From assembly GCA_964016885.1 (NCBI GenBank), contig OZ024743.1, positions 343,542,001-343,606,000 on the forward strand: a stretch of DNA of 64,000 bases. Reading direction: 5' to 3'. Of this stretch, positions 52,722 through 64,000 are shown in pieces (position 1 is the stretch's first letter; the number at the start of each line of letters is the position of its first letter). The notes under the pieces were generated by a model. The model did not search any database, was not told where the DNA came from, and worked only from the letters and a program-made list of their open reading frames with translations. This DNA is from Eledone cirrhosa (taxonomy: Eukaryota). Made by a program: the position numbers and the translations under genes.

Positions 52722-55416
52722 AGTTGTTTCTAATTTAACTTCAGTTCTAAACCTTGGGCTATTATTTCTGTTGCATGCTGATTTTTCACCAAACACTAAT
52801 TGAAACAATTTTTCATAGAATAATTTTATAAATTGTTACTTTGTAAGAGTAATTTATGCCTGGAAATTCAATTAAAAAAAAAAAAAAACAGTAAGAAACT
52901 TTAAATAGTTTGATAAACAAACTGTTTGTACAGTTAGTTAATTATGTCTAACATATAAATGACGGTTTGTGGTGCCCAAACAAGATGGAGTTTAAATAAA
53001 GAAGAATGCATCTTGGGAAAGAAGATATTACATGAAGCAAACAGATAAAAAATATTCTACAAAATAATATATTTACAAAATTATTCTCTATAAAGAAGTT
53101 TCGATAAAGAATCATTTTGATAGAAAGGCATAGCAATGCCTAAAATGGGTACCATATAAGTCATCCTGTCTTATATGTTTTTATTTTTTTTATTTTAAAC
53201 CATAAATACTTCTGCGATACAAACAATGTTTGCCTTGAATCTAGAAATATCTAAACACAGATATTAAGGAATGGTTGATGAACTTGAAACTGAAGTTAAA
53301 ATAAGGGATGAGACATGTATTATATTTTTTCTACTTTATGCTTCTGACTTTGGACCTAAACACCTTCTGCTTGGTAAAAAACAGTTTTGTATTCATTTTA
53401 GTTATTATTGCAGATGTTTTTATCTTCTTTCAAAACTGAACACTCAGCTTATTGATGAAGCTATTCTATATCCATAAGTGTGTGTATGTATATTTCCATG
53501 TGTGTGTGCGCGTGTGTTCAATTGCACTTGTTTGGCAAGTGATTTGATCTGAAATGTGATGGGACCCAAAACAGTTTTGTATCATTGTTATAGTTGTTAC
53601 AACCAAAACCATGGAAAAGCAGACGTAAAAACGATGATGATGATTGTTACATATTCACTGATACTTTCTTATTATTTATTAATAACATTATCATTTATAT
53701 ATATATTATGTATGTATATAGGTTTAAAGAGAAGTTATACAATACATGTCCAACCCATGCAAGTATGGAAAAACGAGAGTAAAAATGATATATATTATGT
53801 AATCCATGTGAGCATGGAAAAACCAAATATGAAATGATGATCACAATAATAATGATGAAGTAAATGTGAATATGTGTGTTTTTAATGTTTACAATAACTC
53901 AACCATGATGTAATTGTTATATATATGTACGTATGTGTATGGAAAGTGGACATTAAATGATGATGAGGAGGAAGTGTATATCTATAAATACACTATGTAG
54001 TTGAATAAGACAATGCAGTATGCACACACACTCATATATATATATAAAATGATGCTATCTGATAAAGTTAAGATACATATATAGTATGCAGAAGTAAGTT
54101 TAAAGAGAAATTATACAATACATGTCATGACTTGGCAATTCTAAAGTTTAGATCGAGAGTCTTTCAAAGAGGGATTGAATATGATCATACTTTTAGTTAA
54201 TGTAGGTATTTATTGAATTGAACTATTGGGCTTAATATCACTGGCAATTATTCCACTGCTGCTATTATTGTTATCATTATTGATGGTGGATTGGCACGCT
54301 TTTTATGTTCTGTGTCCAAATCTCACTGAGGTCAACTTTGCTTCAATAAAATAAAGTACCAGTCATGTATTGAGGTTGATGTAATTAACTTTCTTCTCAC
54401 ACATTGTTGGCAATGTGCCTAAATTAGAAATCATTAAGGGCACTGAATGGGTAGGACAAATGCCTTGCTATATTTGTTCCAACTCTTTACATTCTCAGTT
54501 GAAATCCTACTAAAGTTAACTTGGCCTTTCAAGCTCGATAAAATGAAGTACTGGGGTCGATATAATCAACTTTCCTCCTGCCTATGTTAGAAACTATTAT
54601 TATTATTATTAAGGGTTGTGGATTAGCAGAATTGTTAGAGGTTAAGATAATTTTGCTTCCGTTCGATTTTACTTGGGTAATGATTCCTTGATGTGTTGAG
54701 ACAATATTTCATCTGTCGACAACTGCTGCTTTCCCCTGGAGAATGTATTTACTTTGTAAGAACCACTCCATACCAACCATTTTATTTCTCTGTAATACCA
54801 AAATAAAATTTATTTGCTTACATCTGTCTTATCTCACTCATTCTGATTGTTAATGTTTTATATATATTTTTTGCTTCATATTTTTCTTTTTCTAAATAGC
54901 ACTGGAATGACAGTGTGATTAAGAAGTATCCTTTGCAACCACATAATTTCAATTTGTATTCCAGTGTCTACTCCTATAGCTTCTGGATGACCAATGCCTT
55001 GTAAGTGAAATTTGGTTAACAGAAACTGTACAAAAGCTTGTCATATGTAAATCTCTCGCTCTTTCCCTCTCTCTGCAAATTACTTCCCCCCCCCCCCCCC
55101 CAGTATGCTTTCTCCCACCAGATCTCGCTGCACATTGAGTTAGCGCAGGGATGCACATTTCTGATTGAGCAATGTCCTTGTAATGTCAAATTTAATAATA
55201 TATTAACTTGTCCTATGCCTTGGTTATCTTCATCAAACCATTACTACTATATATATATATATACACACACCTACATATCTATTGACTGCCCTAACCCACT
55301 AACAAAACACTCAGAAAATACTGTAAAACAGCTAATATGCACTCATAATTCCCGCTAAACTTCACCTATGGAAGTGTGGAATAGTGGCTGTAAAAATGAT
55401 GATACATATACACATG

Positions 55417-56445
55417 TCATCATCATCATCATCATCAACGTTTAACGTCCGTGTTCCACGCTTGCATGGGTTTGGACGGGGGTAGTCCCACTTGAGGCAA
55501 GAGTGATTGTCTTGCTCGCATAGGACTGTCTGGCAGGTTTTCTACAGTTGGATGCCCTTCCTAACACCAACCACATTTACAGTGTGGGTCTGGGAGGTTT
55601 TTACCGTGTTGCCTACACGGCCACATTACAGCGTGGACTGTGTTTTTTGTCGTGACACCTACACAATCTCATTTGTTTCGGCCTGGATGGCGCGGCACCA
55701 ACATAACTTTACATAGGACGGGGTGGTGTGGGTGGGTGGGGGTGGTGGCGGGACGGGGGTGTATTTTGTTAGAGATGCCTACTGGCAAGGCGGGTCTTCT
55801 CTGTTACTGAGTACCGCCAAAGGTCTCGGTCCAGTGACATTGTCTTGGAGAGGTGTAAGTGTGTGAGGTCGGAGTTTATCAGCTCGTCCCATGTTTTTCT
55901 AGGTCTGCCTATTCCGTGGCTACCGTCTATCTTTATTGCCCTGCACTTTGTTATACAGCTATCGACTTTCATGCGCATCACGTGTCCATACCAACGTAGC
56001 CTTCTCTCCAGTAAACAACATCTGATCCCTCTTATCTCTAATTTTTTCCTTAGTTCGTTTACGTATATTACTGTTACACATCCAGCGGAGCATGCAAGCT
56101 TCGTTCCTCTCTAGTCTGCGTATATCCTCTGCACACAATGCCCAGGTCTCACTACCATGCAACATTGCTGTTCGTATGCAGGCATCGTACAACCTGCCTT
56201 TCATTTTTAGGGAGAACCCTTTAGCAGCTAATAGTGGTATAAGCTCTCTGAACTTTTTCCAACCAGTTCTGACTCTAGCTACAGTACTTTCAGAGCACCC
56301 TCCCCCACTGCTGATTTTATCGCCCAGGTAACGGAAGCTGTCCACTATTTCTATAGAACCCTCTGCGCAATTGAAAGAGCTAGTATTTTGTGGGCACTTG
56401 CTGCTACTTACTGCAATTAGTATGTTGACATTCATGTTATCCAAA
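55417..56445 (-). mobile_element. RTE-clade LINE 3' fragment (C-terminal RT region plus 3'UTR with GAT-repeat tail), frameshifted
   Basis: VDSFRYLGDKISSGGGC, KGRLYDACIRTAMLHGSETW, GRPRKTW motifs in two frames; (CAT)n tail at 55417-55437. Confidence 0.92.
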
Positions 56446-57424
56446 ATGGCTGAGTTTCAGTACATCATCTACTTGGCATGATGTGAATGGAGGATTTATG
56501 TTTTATTGCTAATGCTTTCTAACCAGAGTTCTGTCTAGTTCAGGTAATCTATGGTAACTTTAATACTCTGGTAGATGGAGTTAACTATTTGCTGGATGCT
56601 TTCAGTGTTCCTTGCTAATTCCTGACTGCTCCTGCAGGGGTGTTTTCGCTACAATGTTAATGTCATCTACATAACGGTAGTCAGGGTTATAGAGTTCTCA
56701 ATTAAGCATTATTTAAGTCTCCTGCCCCACCATGCACCACAGAGAGGTTAGCTACATCACCAGCAATGCTGACACCAATAGCTGCCCCCTCTTCTTGAGC
56801 ATAAGTTCCTTAAGGGTTAGTCTTATACCTCCCAGTTTTTCACTACTATATATATATATATATATAAACACACACAAATGGATGCAGCATGGCTAAGTTT
56901 GCATTGCAGTTACTAGGTCTTTGGTTCAATCCGACTGCAGTGCATCTTGGGCTTTAGATCAACACATGCCTTGTGAATGAAATTGGGTAGATGGAAACTA
57001 TTTGGAAGCCTGTCAGATGTATTGAAGTAATTTTTTTAAAGCATCTGTTTTGTATAAATGTCTAATAAATCTCTACCAATAACTGGAATCTATGGCAAAC
57101 CAAAGGTTACCTTAACAACTATACAAGAGTAACTTGGCAGAATTGTTGGAGTGTAAGACAAAAATGCTTTGTAATATTTGTTTTTGTTCTCAAGGTTCAA
57201 CTCCTGATCCTTCACTTGGCCCTTGGGTACCTTAGAGTCTACTATGTTGCAAGTGGTGACATTTGTCAATTTGTTCAACATATGGGTGGTATGTATAATA
57301 GTAATAAAACTATTGGCTTTAAGTTTTAATTTAGTAAGTCTGGAAGAAAAGGCAGAGCACAAGGCCTTAAACAAATCAACTCCTTTTGGAAAAATATGAG
57401 CAAGGAGAATTTTTCAGAGGGCTG

Positions 57425-57830
57425 ATGCCTTAAGCAGAGTGGTTAGTGTAAGGGTTAGAAGGTTGGACACATAGATGATGAAGCGGCAAGATGGAGACGT
57501 AATGAGACCAATTTACAAGGAGCAGAGGCCATTGTAGTAGACAGAAAGGAGGCAAAGGAGAGACAGGTGTCTCTAGGTTAATTAGAGAATTGAGTGACTT
57601 TATATTGATTAGTCGAGTGGCTTTTCTCTGGTGTTCTAGGATGTGTGTGTAAGGGCAGTATTTGATTGTGGGTCTTACCTGAACGTTGTAAATGGTCATT
57701 GATTGTTGGAAGTCTCGAAGAGGACTAGTATTTGGGATGTAGTCCTAGCTATGTTAAGAATGTGTCAATGGTATGAGATCTCATTCATTGTAATGCCTAG
57801 CATTTGAAGCCATCACGAGGACTAGTTGCA
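57425..57830 (-). mobile_element. Decayed CR1/L2/Jockey-group LINE 3' fragment
   Basis: IYNVQVRPTIKYC...QRKATRLI resembles the LYKAxVRPxxEYC...QRKAxRLI post-RT motif. Confidence 0.55.
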
Positions 57831-59894
57831 TGCAGCTCCTACGTAAAGGTGAGATGCAATGTTTTCTTGATATGCAGTGCATTTGACAGAAAAATTGCCC
57901 CCACAACACGTCCAAATAATGCAAGTATGGAAAAGTAGATGTAAAATTGATAATCTCAGGAAATATACATGTGGGGAGGAGTTGAGAATGATTTGTTATG
58001 TTCAACATGAATATATTTGAAAATGTGAGTTAAGAAAGATAAATTTGGAAGGCAATAATTGATATGTGCAAGCCCTGGGTGGTGAATTAGTAGAATTGGT
58101 AGTGCAACAGACAAATGCTTTGTGTCTCTTCTAGTTCTTTACATCCCAAGTTATCTGGTTTAACACTGCTACCTGAATACAGGGTGCTTTTTTTACTTTG
58201 CTGCAAGAGGTTGAATCATGCCTAGTTTTACCATATTTTCCTCAGTGTCTGAAGCCCTAAAGAGAAGACTATGGAAGGGTGTTTCTCTTCCCTTACTGAT
58301 TAAAATGTCAAGAGGATTCTTCAGTTGTGTCAGGTGGATGATAAAAAGCACTCACTACACTTTGTAAAGTGGTTGGTGATAGGAAGGACATCCAACTGTA
58401 GAAAACTTGCCAGTGTTGAGAGGATTCTTCAGTTGTCAGAGACAATCTCCCTAGTGTTGGTGCCACACAAATGCTTTCAGAGAACTCTGGAGAGAGGATT
58501 GAATACTGACTTGTCAGTGATGACCTGTCCCATCATTGCAGGGAGAACAGATGTTAAATGATGATATTCTTCAAGCAAGTAGGGAGGCAACTACGGACAT
58601 GTATTTAATGTTTATTAATAAAAAAAATAATTTTAGATACAGAATAAAAAACAACAGAATTAATTCTTTTAAAAATAACAATTGAAAAAATAAAAATAAA
58701 CGCAATGAACTATATAATCATAAACAAAAAAATTATTACCCATTCTAGATTTTACTAGATATGAAGGAAATCTGTAGATGGACAGATATGTGAACAGAAC
58801 TGAGTGTACATCTACATACATGTGTGTGTGTGTGTCTGTGTGTGTTGAACTTCCCTCAGTTCTGATGAGTATACGTTGTTTCACCCATAGAACAGCCTGT
58901 TAAACTAACGTACAAGTGACTGAGCATTCCAGTGCATGACATAGCTGGCCCTTTAAATTACAGGCTACAGCTCATATTTTGCCAGCAGAGTGAACTGGAG
59001 CAATAAGAAATAAAGTGTTTTGTTCAGGGACATGTGGCACATAATGGTCATATACATATGTGTGTGTGAGGACATTATGTATGTATACGTTTTATACACA
59101 GACTTCTATCTATCACAACCTATTTAAACCAAGCAGGCTTTAAAATAAAATTGTTTTTACTAATCATCGTTTTATTGACCATAGGACAAAATGCCTTGCA
59201 TTTATTTATGACTTTATATTTTAAGTTTAAATTCTACCAAGGTCATTCTTCTGCAGTCAATAAAATAAAGAACCAGTTACGTGCTGGAGTCGATATAAAC
59301 AACTTCCCCTGACCTAAAATTAGAAATAATTATTTTTATTGAGCAGTCATGTTTGTGAGAATTCAATTCAAATCTTAGTACTACTGTGCGACACTTTTCC
59401 GGAATCTATCAGAATGCCCCTTACATTACCAACTATTTAAATAGCACCTTAAAAGAGACATAGGCATATTTTATATATGTAACTAACATAGAATTACTCT
59501 AGTGTTTGATGAAAGAGCTTTGACAATGAACTACTAAACAACCATCCAGTTATCAAACTAACCGAATGAGAAATTATAATAATAAATTGAAGTGAAACCC
59601 AGCAGGTGCGTGTGTTTTTTATTGGCAGCATGACCTTCACAAAATATAATATACATATATATATTGACACACAAACACATATATATATATACATACACAT
59701 CTATACACACACGGGTATATATATATATATACACATACACACGCACATATACACACACACACACGCACATATATATATATACACATACACACACGCACAT
59801 ATATATATATATATAATTGTTTCTACTTATGGCACAAGGCCAGCAATTACCCAGTGCATTACTGGTACTTTATTTTATCGACCCCGTAATACAA

Positions 59895-60131
59895 GGAAGA
59901 TTTGTTAAGCCTTCATTACGTTTATTGATTGGTGACATGTTTCGCTATTGATCAGCTCAAGGTTCGATCTGTATCGACCTGGTCTGACTCAGGAATCAAA
60001 AGCTCGTCGGACTTCTGGTGTTGTAATGACTAACGACTTTAGCTCTACACCTTGCTGCAGACGACGCAAATCTAAACATCGAGTGCTCACCTGGGTGAAC
60101 CGACAGTAACTTCACGTTACACTCCCTGGTT
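59895..60131. repeat. Interspersed repeat, longer copy of the 36705-36840 family, ending at (TA)n
   Basis: Direct similarity to 36705-36840. Confidence 0.65.
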
Positions 60132-60146
60132 ATATATATATATGAG

Positions 60147-60265
60147 ATGCTTACAGCACCTAGGTTTGCAAAGTGGTCAACCATCTAGGTGTTAACTAAG
60201 CTAAGATTGTTTAACTTCAGTGATCAAACTATCACCAGCGTTTTCAACATGATATTGCTTGAATG
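60147..60265 (-). pseudogene. Degenerate 5S rRNA pseudogene or 5S-derived repeat head
   Basis: gcttacagcacc...gtggtcaaccatctag...taactaagc...ttaacttcagtgatcaaac...gcgttttcaacatgatattgc aligns along the reverse complement of metazoan 5S rRNA with many substitutions. Confidence 0.75.
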
Positions 60266-60391
60266 GGACAGTTCTAGTCCTGAAGTCATTTCTATAAATA
60301 ATATCTATCTATCTTTTCTACTAATATATTGAGTACCTTATCTGTAGTTTCTGAGTCCCCTTTGGAAAGCCATTCTTAATTACAGATATAT

Positions 60392-60465
60392 TACACAGAT
60401 TCACACATGTAATAACCTGATGCCAGCATACACAGATTCACACATGTAATGACCTGATGCCAGCA
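60392..60465. repeat. 37-bp tandem duplication (2 copies, 1 mismatch)
   Basis: tacacagattcacacatgtaat[a/g]acctgatgccagca twice. Confidence 0.92.
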
Positions 60466-61104
60466 TACAGATACATACATGGCTAAACTAGTCAATGGTA
60501 TCTAAATTCCGTTGAAAGAGCCCCAATTTTGGCAGAGACTGGACTATTGGTGAGAAATGTAAAAAATATAATCAGAACACACACAAATATATACACACAC
60601 ATATATACATTCATACACACACACACACATATACATATAGCAGTGAAAGTGGACGTTAAATGATGATGATGATATAAATATACGGAGAGGGATGTCTTCA
60701 GGTTTGACAAATGACCCTCTGCTCACTACAGTTTCAACATTTCAAAGGACAATGAAGAAAAAGAAGGAGGAAGCAGTGAAGCCTCTGTCTATATGTGGTA
60801 AGGCTGGACTTGTAGGAGAGTGGAAAGAAAGGGTTAGAGTTTAAGAAAAATGATTAACCGGATATATATATATACACCAAGACATTCCTGACGTTTCATA
60901 TCATAATGAATCGAGGTGGGAAAGAAGAGAGACGGGGAGCAGGGAAAGTTCTGTAGCCATAGCATATACCATGGGCAGCCAGAGAAAAAAATACAAAAAA
61001 ACAAAAACAAAACAAACAGCAACACCAAGTTATTGTAGTCCATCTGTCCCCACCCCTCTCTAATCGGGTTGTCCAGCCACTTAAAGTGGTGTGGATGACA
61101 TACA

Positions 61105-61263
61105 TCAGCTTTGGCTGGAGTCATTAACAATGTCACTTTCAGAGTCTGATGATCCTTCGTCATCTGATGTGATCTGTTTCTCTTCTAGTTTCTTCTTGAT
61201 GGCATGTAGCCTCTTTAAGATGGACTGATAGTCGAATGAGCCTCTTTTATCACCAAAAGGATC
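61105..61263 (-). CDS. UBE2Z: Ubiquitin-conjugating enzyme E2 Z (USE1), last coding exon [19 protein letters not shown]...SSQS*
   Basis: Matches the recalled UBE2Z C-terminus DPFGEKRGHFDYQSLL.RL plus an acidic/Ser tail. Acceptor CAG at 61264-61266 (minus), stop at 61105-61107. Confidence 0.93.
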   Translation of the reverse strand, partial: DPFGDKRGSFDYQSILKRLHAIKKKLEEKQITSDDEGSSDSESDIVNDSSQS

Positions 61264-62084
61264 CTGGACAAGCAAAGAGAGTAAATTTAAAGTCATTACT
61301 TTAAAAAATCATAACTGTAGAAACCACACTTCATCTCCAACACCCACAATCTGGCCTTTGGTTGCTTTTAGCAATCTACTCTCTGGCAAGCATTTGGGAC
61401 AGATCTCCAGTTTGGGGAAACCTTTTCCCTCCCCACCAGTCTCGAAGGCTTTGAAAAAAGTAATGTACACCTGACTAAAAAAAAAAACAAAAAACACTTC
61501 AAATATATCAAGCAAACAGGGGTGCTTCTACATGGTTGCTTGACCTGTTAGAAATAGCAGTTAGATCTTTCTCAAATCATATCCTAATGTCTTTGGAAAA
61601 GGCATGTTAGTTAATATAGTCCTAGGTTCCCTGTACACCAGAAAGGGAAGAGCAGTATCAGTGACCATTTACCAAGCTTTTGGGACGGGTGAAGGAGAAA
61701 GAGGCCTACCTGATTTGAAAGCTTGCAACAGAGTGAGCCCTGCTAAATTACTCAAGGGCTTTGTGGCAGTGGGCAATGGATTAAATCTATGACCCAGGTA
61801 GACCACAGCGAGAAAACACAAAGAACCAGAACAAATACTACAAGACATCATGTCTGATGATCTAACAATTCTGCCAATCCACTGCTCTGTATTTGTCTTT
61901 CATTCTTTTCGAGTTGATAACATAAATTACCTCAGAGAAATGTGAACTCAAGAGTGCAGAGAATCGTTCATTTGATAGGATTTGAACTCAAAAGCATTTC
62001 ATTCTATGCTTCTATGCTTTAACAACTGCCAATTTACCACCTACATTTCAAGACACAGTAAAAACAGTAGATAGCACTACTTAC

Positions 62085-62175
62085 CTGCATTGTTTGTCCT
62101 TGTTTTAGGAGGTTGGCTTTACACACAGATTCATAATAATCATAATAAGTGGGGAAAGATTTCTCCATTACTTCT
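62085..62175 (-). CDS. UBE2Z: UBE2Z penultimate coding exon (R)EVMEKSFPTYYDYYESVCKANLLKQGQTMQ
   Basis: Matches UBE2Z VMEKSFLEYYDFYE..CK....QGQTMQ. Minus-strand ttcAG acceptor and cag|GTAAGT donor; in frame with 61263. Confidence 0.93.
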
Positions 62176-62630
62176 CTGAAGATAAAAGATAGAAATAACA
62201 TTAAGTAAATGATCACTTAATGAATATAAACTACTTCTAGATTAGAAAAAAAACTGTCATTACAAACCTAATGAGGGTCTATGGTGTATTATTTACATAT
62301 CTTGAGCTTCAACTTCCCTAGACTATGTATATATGTGTGTATATATAGCATTGGTGATACAATAAAATCGTAGTGATTGTGTCGTGCAAAAATGTGTCCA
62401 GTACAATCTGTAAAATGATAGTGCTGGTGCCAAGATGAAATCATCACCGTTTTACATCCATTTCTCCATTCTAGCATAGGTTAGACGAGTTATCCTGTTG
62501 TGGGCAATGCTAGGTCAGGTGACCATGTCTTGCTCATACAGAACTGATTCTAGCTTGGTTTCTATGGCTGGATGCCCTTCCTAACGCTAAAATGATTATC
62601 ATTAGGAAGAGCATCCAATTGTAGAAACAA

Positions 62631-64000
62631 AGAATCATTAAACTCAGACTAGTCCTGAATAAGACAATTACCACAATAATATCAGCTTACGCACCCCAAT
62701 CGGGGCTGCCAGACGAACTTAAGGATAGGTTTTACGAGTCCCTAATACACACTACTGCTCTAACAGACGACAAGGACTTCCTAATCATTGCAGGAGATTT
62801 TAACGGACACGTAGGTAAACACTGCGACGGCTTCAATAGAGTACATGGAGGCCATGGAGTTGGCACAAGGAATGAGGAAGGATTCAGACTTCTAGAATTC
62901 TGCGACGCCAATGACATGTCGATATGTAACACAAACTTTAAAAAACCCGACAACCACCTGATCACCTATAGATCAGGGGAGCACTCTAGTCAGTTAGATT
63001 TTATCCTCATCAGAGGACGTGACAGATGGACGGTCGTAAACACAAAAGCCTTCCCTAGTGAGGAATGTACATCCCAACATAGCTTAGTTGTCAGCGACCT
63101 CACGGTCAGAACTAGACGAGCCCTGAAACAGAGGCCAACCTGGAGAAGAAAGATCTGGAAGCTGAAAGTCCCCTCAACCAGTAACAGATTTAAAGATATT
63201 TTACTCAACGCCTACGACAGTAAAGAAGAACAGATAGAGACATTTAACGTAGAAGAGAACTGGGAGTTCCTAAAAAATAACTTACTAGAGGCGACGGATG
63301 AGGTTTGTGGCTGGAGTAAGACCTCAAGCAGGAGGAGAGTGACTTGGTGGTGGAACAATAAGGTAGATGAAGCAGTCAAGGCCAAGAGACAGGCATGGAA
63401 AGAATGGAAGAACGGGGGGAGCAGGGTACATTACATAGAGACCAAGAGGGAAGCTAGGCGACAAGTATACTTAGCTAGGAGGGAAGCAGAGGATAGAAAA
63501 TTCAAGCATGTTTTACAACGTGAGGACCAGAAACAGGAGGTATTCAAGATTGCGAGGCAGTGTGTCAGAGATAGTTGTGATGTCATTGGAGAGAAGTGTA
63601 TCCGGAATGATAAAGGTGAGCTTGCCCTCACAAGTGCTGAGAAGAAAGATGCATGGAAGAGTCATTATGATAGATTACTAAATGAGGAGAATGCATGGGA
63701 AGAAGAGACCCTACCCCACGTAGACCCTATAGAGGGACCAGCAGTACAAGTCAGCGGCAGCGTAGTAAGTAAGGCAATCAGAGATATGAAGATAGGGAAG
63801 GCAACCGGTCCATCGGGTATAGCTGCCGAGATGCTGAAGGCATCTGGGTCTGTAGGTCACACTATAACCACACGTATCGTTAACCAGGTAATACTAGAGG
63901 GGGCCATACCAAAAGATTGGTGCAGTAGCATCATTGTCAACTGCTACAAAGGTAAAGGCGATGCACTAGATAGAGGAAACTATAGAGGTATAAAGTTGAT
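62631..64000 (+). mobile_element. RTE-clade LINE, 5'-truncated; APE endonuclease leading into the RT region; the open frame runs off the window
   Basis: Stop-free frame with IISAYAPQ, IIAGDFNGHVG, GTRNEEGFRLLEFC, SQLDFIL, TWWWN, KATGPSGIAAEMLK, IPKDW, YKGKGDALDRGNYRGIKL. Confidence 0.95.

Noticed and set aside
59931-59975. Minus-strand half-hammerhead (GC GAAA CAUGUC; GC GAAA CGCGUGUC in the copy at 36741-36780)
   Set aside because: Only the GAAA/palindrome/GUC half is present. There is no consistent CUGANGA core or helix I in both copies.
62732-63631. Minus-strand ORFs as further UBE2Z exons
   Set aside because: They are antisense shadows of the RTE LINE frame with no UBC-like sequence.

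Overview
AT-rich, microsatellite- and SINE-dense eukaryotic DNA. The repeat landscape and gene style suggest an octopus/coleoid cephalopod, which is an inference. Most of the window is the 3' part of a cytoplasmic dynein-1 intermediate chain gene on the + strand. Eleven core exons (41334-52208, about 495 aa) encode the dimerisation/Roadblock region and the WD40 propeller. They are preceded by about 41 kb of intronic DNA holding several small frame-preserving phase-1 cassette/micro-exons of the dynein IC variable region. The last two coding exons of UBE2Z lie convergently on the - strand (61105-62175), with a stop-free RTE-clade LINE in the next intron. The window also has a decayed RTE copy, a mariner remnant, TTAA-flanked piggyBac-type MITEs, a Penelope-like terminus with a minimal hammerhead motif, a 5S rRNA pseudogene, several RNA fold-backs and long TA/CA/CT microsatellites. 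The microsatellites explain most of the long ORFs in the track. Homology calls are from recalled family motifs; no database search was run.
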